Under the pieces are notes generated by a model. That model saw only the letters and a list, made by a program, of their open reading frames with translations. It was not told where the DNA came from and did not search any database. From the human T2T-CHM13v2.0 reference genome, Homo sapiens, in assembly GCF_009914755.1 (NCBI RefSeq), contig NC_060928.1: a stretch of DNA of 64,000 bases; one strand, 5' to 3'. This document shows positions 52,335 to 64,000 of this stretch, in pieces (the first letter of the stretch is position 1; every line of letters starts with the position of its first letter). Both the position numbers and the translations under genes were made by a program.

Positions 52335-52683
52335 TGTTGGGAAAAAGCTGAGTGTTGGGAGGGAAACTGAGGCAGGGCCTGCATAATGTCCTCTGGAATG
52401 TGTCTAGACTTGCCGGCTCCTTGCTTCTTGCCTTCCTAGGCTCCTATTCCCATTATCTCAAGTAGCAGAACATGTTCCTTATAAATGCTAAACCATCACA
52501 GCTGTAAATCATGTGCTTCATGTAACATGTCCTTTTGACCTCCACACTCTCACCACCTCTGTACACTAGCGATGGCCCCCTGATTTCCCACCTTTCTCTC
52601 TCAAACTGTCTTTTTCTCAATCCTTTGACTCCACCAGACTTTGTCACCCCCACGACCTGGTGTTGGGTCTGATCACCCCAACA
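52335..52683 (+). mobile_element. LTR14-family (HERV-K14/HML-1) solo LTR, apparently internally deleted
   Basis: TGTTGGGAAAAAGCTGAGTGTTGGGA...CTGGTGTTGGGTCTGATCACCCCAACA; inverted termini TGTTGGG/CCCAACA; TSD GAATC. Confidence 0.8.
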
Positions 52684-52741
52684 GAATCCTCCCAGCTCCC
52701 TTAGGAAACCTTATTCAAAAATAGTGAAGTACAACCAAAAT

Positions 52742-52890
52742 GCCCTTCTGCTATGTAATGCCTTCCATCATGTAATGATGCAGCAAGAAGGCCCACACCA
52801 GATGCCAACACCTTGATATTGGACTTCCCAGCCACCAGGACTATGAGCCAATAAATTTCTCATCATTATAAATTACCTAGACTGTGATAG
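52742..52890 (+). mobile_element. MST (MaLR) LTR 3' fragment
   Basis: GATGCAGCAAGAAGGCCCACACCAGATGCC..CTTGATATTGGACTTCCCAGCC..AGCCAATAAATTTCT..TTATAAATTACC. Confidence 0.8.
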
Positions 52891-54882
52891 TCCATCAATG
52901 AAGTTCATAGCTCTACTAATGTAAGAAAATATATTTGATTAGCACACAATTACATCCTGTTTACATCCAGTCAACACATAATTACATCCTGTTTAAAAAG
53001 AAACTTTTTATTGTTAACAAAGAAATATTTGTTTAAAATTATTTCTAATTTTCATGGCTATAATTCCTGAAATCATAAACATCTCTTCTGAATCTGTGGG
53101 GTGTGTTGTGAATATAATCTAAAACAACACCTTACCTTTAGCTATGGGATCTCTAAGTGATTACTGAGGCTGAGACAGGTGAAATGATGTGATCCACGTC
53201 GCCTTACACCAGACCCAGCTATTTTTAATTGGTTCCAAGTTGCTTTATCCATCCTAATGATTCAAAAGGAAGAATCCAAAATAAGACTGAAGGAAAAATA
53301 TTTCTGAGAAGTCATATTAAATTAAATGGACTTATTTTTTAAAATAATTTCAGATGTGGAACAGTGCTATAATATAAAAATACAAAAGAGAAGGATAAAA
53401 GTAGGCTATGGAAGAAAAGAGCCTTTAAAAGGTGAACTCTGGCAAAGAAATTAAGAAACTACTTTACATCAGAGGCAAAGGAATGCCTTAAGAAGGGAAA
53501 AGAAACTGTGAGGAAAATGCAATTTTCTCTGCCAGAAAGAACTTACTTTGAATGAAATCACATTGGTTTCACTAAGATTATGTAATTTCAGTGGATTTCA
53601 CAGCATTGCTTGTAGCCATGCTAACTTGCTCAGCAGACAAAGAAAATATTAAAAGTAAAGGCAAAGTAAGAAGTAATCTGTGTTTATTGAGCTTACTTAA
53701 TAATTTGAAGATAATAACTAAAAATTAGTGAAGTCTAGTTGCTGCTTTTCTTAGAAAGCCTCTGTAATCACTTGAACTAAATGTTCAGGACAACCAGATA
53801 AAAATAATTTATAGAAGAAAGCAGAAGAAATTAAGAATCTCATAACTCCAGCAATGCTCTCCCAGATGCACAAGAAAATGGTTCAATTTCCTCAACCTTC
53901 ACTCTCAGCACAATCCTAGCCCCACACCTAACTTCTCTCTCACAGGCTAACTTCTGACTACAATTCCATTGTCTGCTTGGCTTTTCAGCTACCACAGAGC
54001 TAGTTTATAAAGTGAGGGTATTGAGAATTAGCTGGAGAGGAAGGATGCCCCTACTCTAGATACCATGGTTGGCCAAAAGAAGACATCATACTAGTGATAC
54101 ATAAGATTATTCAGTAGAATAGAGGAGCTGACATGAATCAGACCTAGTCAGATTGGAGCACTGCCCTTTACTAGATGTATGACTTTGGACAAGTTGCCCA
54201 CCCAATCCAAGTTTCAGCTTTATCATCCATAAAAATAGAGGAATGGAGGTAATGAACAAAGGTATTTAATGCAGCACTCTTTAAAATGCACTATTGCAAA
54301 AAAGATGATACATAGTGAATTTTTATCAGTGGAAGTATAGAACAATGGTGTTCAATACAGCATTGTTTCAAAATGCATTGTTGCAAAAAAAGATGATACA
54401 CGTACATTGTCATCAGTATAAAAATGGATATATCAATTGTGTTGTACATAAAGTAGAATATTATACAGCATTTAAAATCTATGTGTATACAGACAATGAA
54501 TTACACACACAATGTATTAAGTAGAAAAAAGTTGCAAAATAATTTATTTAATATAGTACCAGTTTTTCAAACTACCTATGTATGTGTATTTGTATAAGCA
54601 CAGACAATTGTCTAGTAGTTCAAGTATGAAACTGTGAACAGTTACTAACACTATGTGGCAGAAAGTAGAGACTTCACTTCCTTATTTATATATGCATTAT
54701 TTAAACTTATGTAAATAAAATTTAGAAGTAAAGGTGGAAAAATGAAATCAAATGACTTTATAATAGTATCAGCTAATATTCAATTCTCAATGTTGGGCTG
54801 CGAATTAAAGATGATACATTCAGCCTAATGTCTAGCACATAGTAAGTGCTCAGAAGATGTTTATCATTGTTATTCTTCCTCA

Positions 54883-55043
54883 ATTTTTTTTTTTAGAGAT
54901 AGACTGTAGCTCTATCACCCAGACTGGAGTGCAAGTGGCATGATCATAGCACACTGCAGCCTGGAACTCCTGGACTCATGTGATCCTCCTGCCTTAGCCT
55001 CCCAAAGTGCTGGGATTCCAAGCATGTGCCATCATACCCAGCC
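54883..55043 (-). mobile_element. Monomeric Alu (FRAM-like or arm recombinant)
   Basis: Right-arm 3' part (GGAGTGCAAGTGGC..CACTGCAGCCT) joined to left-arm-type CCTCCCAAAGTGCTGGGATT. Confidence 0.8.
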
Positions 55044-56103
55044 AATCATCATCATTATTGTTATTAACATTCAAAGCATCACCCTACTGGAGAATCATTT
55101 GTATTCCCATCCTGTGAGTTCTCATTATCATTGGGTTCTTCAGAGGGAATGCATCATTATCTAAGTCCTTGATTCTTTATCAGTTTAAAATAAGACAGTA
55201 ATAAAAATGCCCTCTCTTTAATCAACAGTGTTGATCAGCCAACAAGTGTGACAAATGACCTATTCCCCTGGATCTGCAAGGAGATGCCTCATGATTTAGG
55301 ATCACTAACTTCAACACTGATTATTTTGGGTTCCCTGAATGAAGAATATTGATGTTTTATTGTTTTGTTTTTTAAAAGGTATATTGAATACATTGGGATT
55401 GTTCTTTTATCTTAGTTGTTCAGAAGACTTTACAGTCAGATATTGCAATTAAGACATAACATATATACATGTGCACACATACACACACACACACACACAT
55501 TCACTAATACTTATGTATCCTAATTGGCATGGCTTCTAGGAGTCATTTATTCAAAGAAAGGGACTGAGGCAAACGTAAAATAAAAGAGTAAGAGTGCAAA
55601 CCATCCAGAGATACCAGGAAAGATTGCAGTATGGCAAAGCTCTGGGTATTACCAGGCCCAGGCCAAGACAATGTCTGATGACTGGATTTAAAACTGGTAG
55701 CTGCTCTATGGCTTATCCTTCACCTGTTGGATAAAATCCCTGTCTGACCTGAAATGACTATGTTTATCATGGCATCATTCAAATGCCAATTCAAAGACTT
55801 CTCAAACCTAAGGGGTCATGATACTACTTCTATAATACTGCCAAAATTTGTTTGGACATCCCTTTCTGAAATAACCATCAAAAATAACTTATGAGTCACA
55901 AGAAATAATCATTTTTTACTTTAAAGTCACATCTTTTTTCTATGTTTGTATTACCTAGATTGATCACTGACTTTGTTCATCTTTCTTGCTGTTTACAAAA
56001 CAAATAAAAATTTACCACCAGTTAGTTGACTACAAGTATTTTGCAACCTTTCACAACAACTCAAAATAATAGTTCCAAAAAATATTTTAAATAATGACAA
56101 CAT

Positions 56104-56285
56104 GGCCAGGCATGGTGGTGCACACCTGTAGTCCTAGCTGCTTGGGAGGCTGAGGTGGGAGGATCACTTGGGCTTGGGAAGTCCAGGCTGCAGTAAGCCA
56201 TGATTGCACCACTGCACAGCAGCCTGGACAATAGAGCAAGACCCTGTTTCATAAAAAAAATAATAATAATTTAAAAATAAAGATA
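56104..56285 (+). mobile_element. FRAM-like Alu monomer
   Basis: GGCCAGGCATGGTGGTGCACACCTGTAGTCCTAGCT...GGCTGCAGTAAGCCATGATTGCACCACTGCAC plus A-tail. Confidence 0.85.
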
Positions 56286-56337
56286 AAAGTGACTACACTA
56301 TTCTAATATTATACAGCCTATAAAGAATACAACTTTA

Positions 56338-56664
<327 letters not shown>

Positions 56665-56856
56665 TTAATAAAAATAATAGTTACTAAAATAGTCATATTA
56701 CATCTTTTAAACACCTTGAATGACTTATTAAACAATAGTAAAATAAATTATACTTATTAGATTGGCTTTCTACTGGTGATTCTCTGTCATACTGTCTTCT
56801 AAGGTACCAATGAGTTGCATATGGAAACATAAGGCATCATAGAATGCAAAATAGAG

Positions 56857-62038
<5,182 letters not shown>

Positions 62039-62269
62039 ATCAGAATCTCTAACTTAAAAACTACAGGTTGAAATAGCTCTGTATAGAAAACTAAGTAAAC
62101 CTTTTCCTCTTCATCATACATCTCTCATCCCTATCATTTTTTGTCATCCATAAAAGGCATAATAATCACACCTCCCTTTGACTTCAAGTCACTGGTACTC
62201 TTGGTGGATATATGAAATTATTTTGGGAAAAAAGCTTATAATCTAAAAATTGTAAATGAAAAATAATTT

Positions 62270-62780
62270 CATTACTACCCTCTGGAGCATAGATTAGGCT
62301 TAGTGACTTGCTTCCAGGGAACATAACACGGAAAGTGGGAGGAAAGTACCTTTACAGTAGAGAAACCTCGGCCAGGTGATCCAGGTTAATAATGTCAGTA
62401 ATAAGTCAGGTTGCTATCATGGACCCCTGGTATGAGATGATGAGAACACTTCACCTCTGTAGTACTCTTCACCTCTGTAGTACTCTGTAGTACTGTCACA
62501 GATAGAGGGAGACTAAGGAGATAGGCTGACTAAATGTAAGGTGGCATCATGGATGGTATCCTGGCACAGAAAAAAACACAGAGAAAAACTAGTAAAATCC
62601 AAATAAAGCCTGGAATTTAGTTAATAGTGATGCACCAATGTTGGTTTCTAGTTTTTGCAAATGGTTACGTAGGATGATAAAACAGGGGAAACAGGGATGT
62701 GGAGCATATGAGAAATCTTTGTACTTCTTTGTAAGTTTCCAGCAAATCTAAAACTATTCTTAAATGTTTAATTAAAAATA
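62270..62780 (+). mobile_element. L1MC/MD-like 3'UTR fragment
   Basis: TTAGTGACTTGCTTCCA..TTTACAGTAGAGAAACCT..GAGACTAAGGAGA..ACTAAATGTAA..AAATCCAAATAAAG..AAATCTAAAACTATTCT. Confidence 0.75.
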
Positions 62781-63376
62781 TCAGTAATTGCATCTACAAT
62801 TGCTGAGTATATAAATCAGGCCACATTAAAAGGGTAACTACAAGATAAGAGCATGAATCTGAATCCAAACTTCCAACTTTGAATCCCCGTTCTGCCACCT
62901 GCTGACTTCACGATCTTAAGCCATGTCTAAATGTACTCATCTTTAAGAACGAATAACATTCTTAATTCATAAAGGCTAAAAGAGTTAATGATGCAAAGTA
63001 CGTGAAGCAGAGCATGGCAGCTGTTAAGCATTCCATTAGCTATAAATGTTATGATTGTTTCTTTTTATCATAAGTTTAGAAAACCTAAGAGTGCTAGTTG
63101 ACAGTAAACAACATAAAAATAAGTGATAACATGACAAAATAAACCAACTAATATAAATTAAACTACTATAGTAGAGTGTAATAGCAGTAGGGTAAAACAA
63201 AGGTAGAAAGTAAAATCTCTCCGCTTCATTAATCAGGCCCTATTAAGAGTATTATACATGAGTCTGAGTGTTAACAAGAAAATTTCTTCAAAGACAATCA
63301 AGATGCTCAAAACTGTGCCATATAAAGAGACAGTTGGAAGACCTGGCAATGTTTAGGCTGGAAAAATAGAAAACTA

Positions 63377-63723
<347 letters not shown>

Positions 63724-64000
63724 AACATGAAATATTTTCACATTAACACCGTTGAATATTTATGTAACAACTTCAAAGCCAAACTTGAAAGAAAATTAAA
63801 TAACTTATTTATACAAAGCAACTACTAATACTTAATAGTAAGAAATATTGCCACTCAGATGATGCACATAAAGAACATAAAAAATATTAACAGATCTGCT
63901 TTCTCTGGAATATTATATTCTATTATAATAAATAAACTCACACTTATGTGCATATAATATGCATCTTTTGCTTTTTTTATTTATGTTACTCATTAACATA

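Noticed and set aside
53219-53228. MEF2-consensus CTATTTTTAA and scattered AP-1 motifs
   Set aside because: Short motifs are expected by chance in AT-rich DNA; no independent support

Overview
Primate (most likely human) AT-rich, repeat-dense non-coding DNA, intronic or intergenic. I recognise no cellular protein-coding exon; nearly all long ORFs in the track come from LINE-1, Alu or HERV-W. The window holds four near-full-length, co-oriented (+), decayed L1s of different ages (L1MA4-like ~12.4-19.1 kb, L1PA7-like ~19.8-26.4 kb, L1PA4-like ~39.3-44.9 kb, L1PA5/6-like ~57.1-62.0 kb), plus Alus, MIR/L2 relics, solo LTRs and DNA-transposon fossils. The most informative features are non-canonical products of L1 machinery: (1) an L1 whose 5'UTR intron was removed exactly at GT/AG before integration (SpIRE97/622 type), (2) a TSD-flanked, polyadenylated HERV-W pol-env processed pseudogene, (3) a TSD-flanked U6 snRNA-L1 chimera, (4) a 5'-inverted (twin-primed) old L1, and (5) a serially templated insertion inside an L1 ORF2. 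All belong to described classes; I found no convincing evidence of a previously undescribed system. Subfamily names come from recalled consensus sequences and need RepeatMasker/Dfam confirmation.
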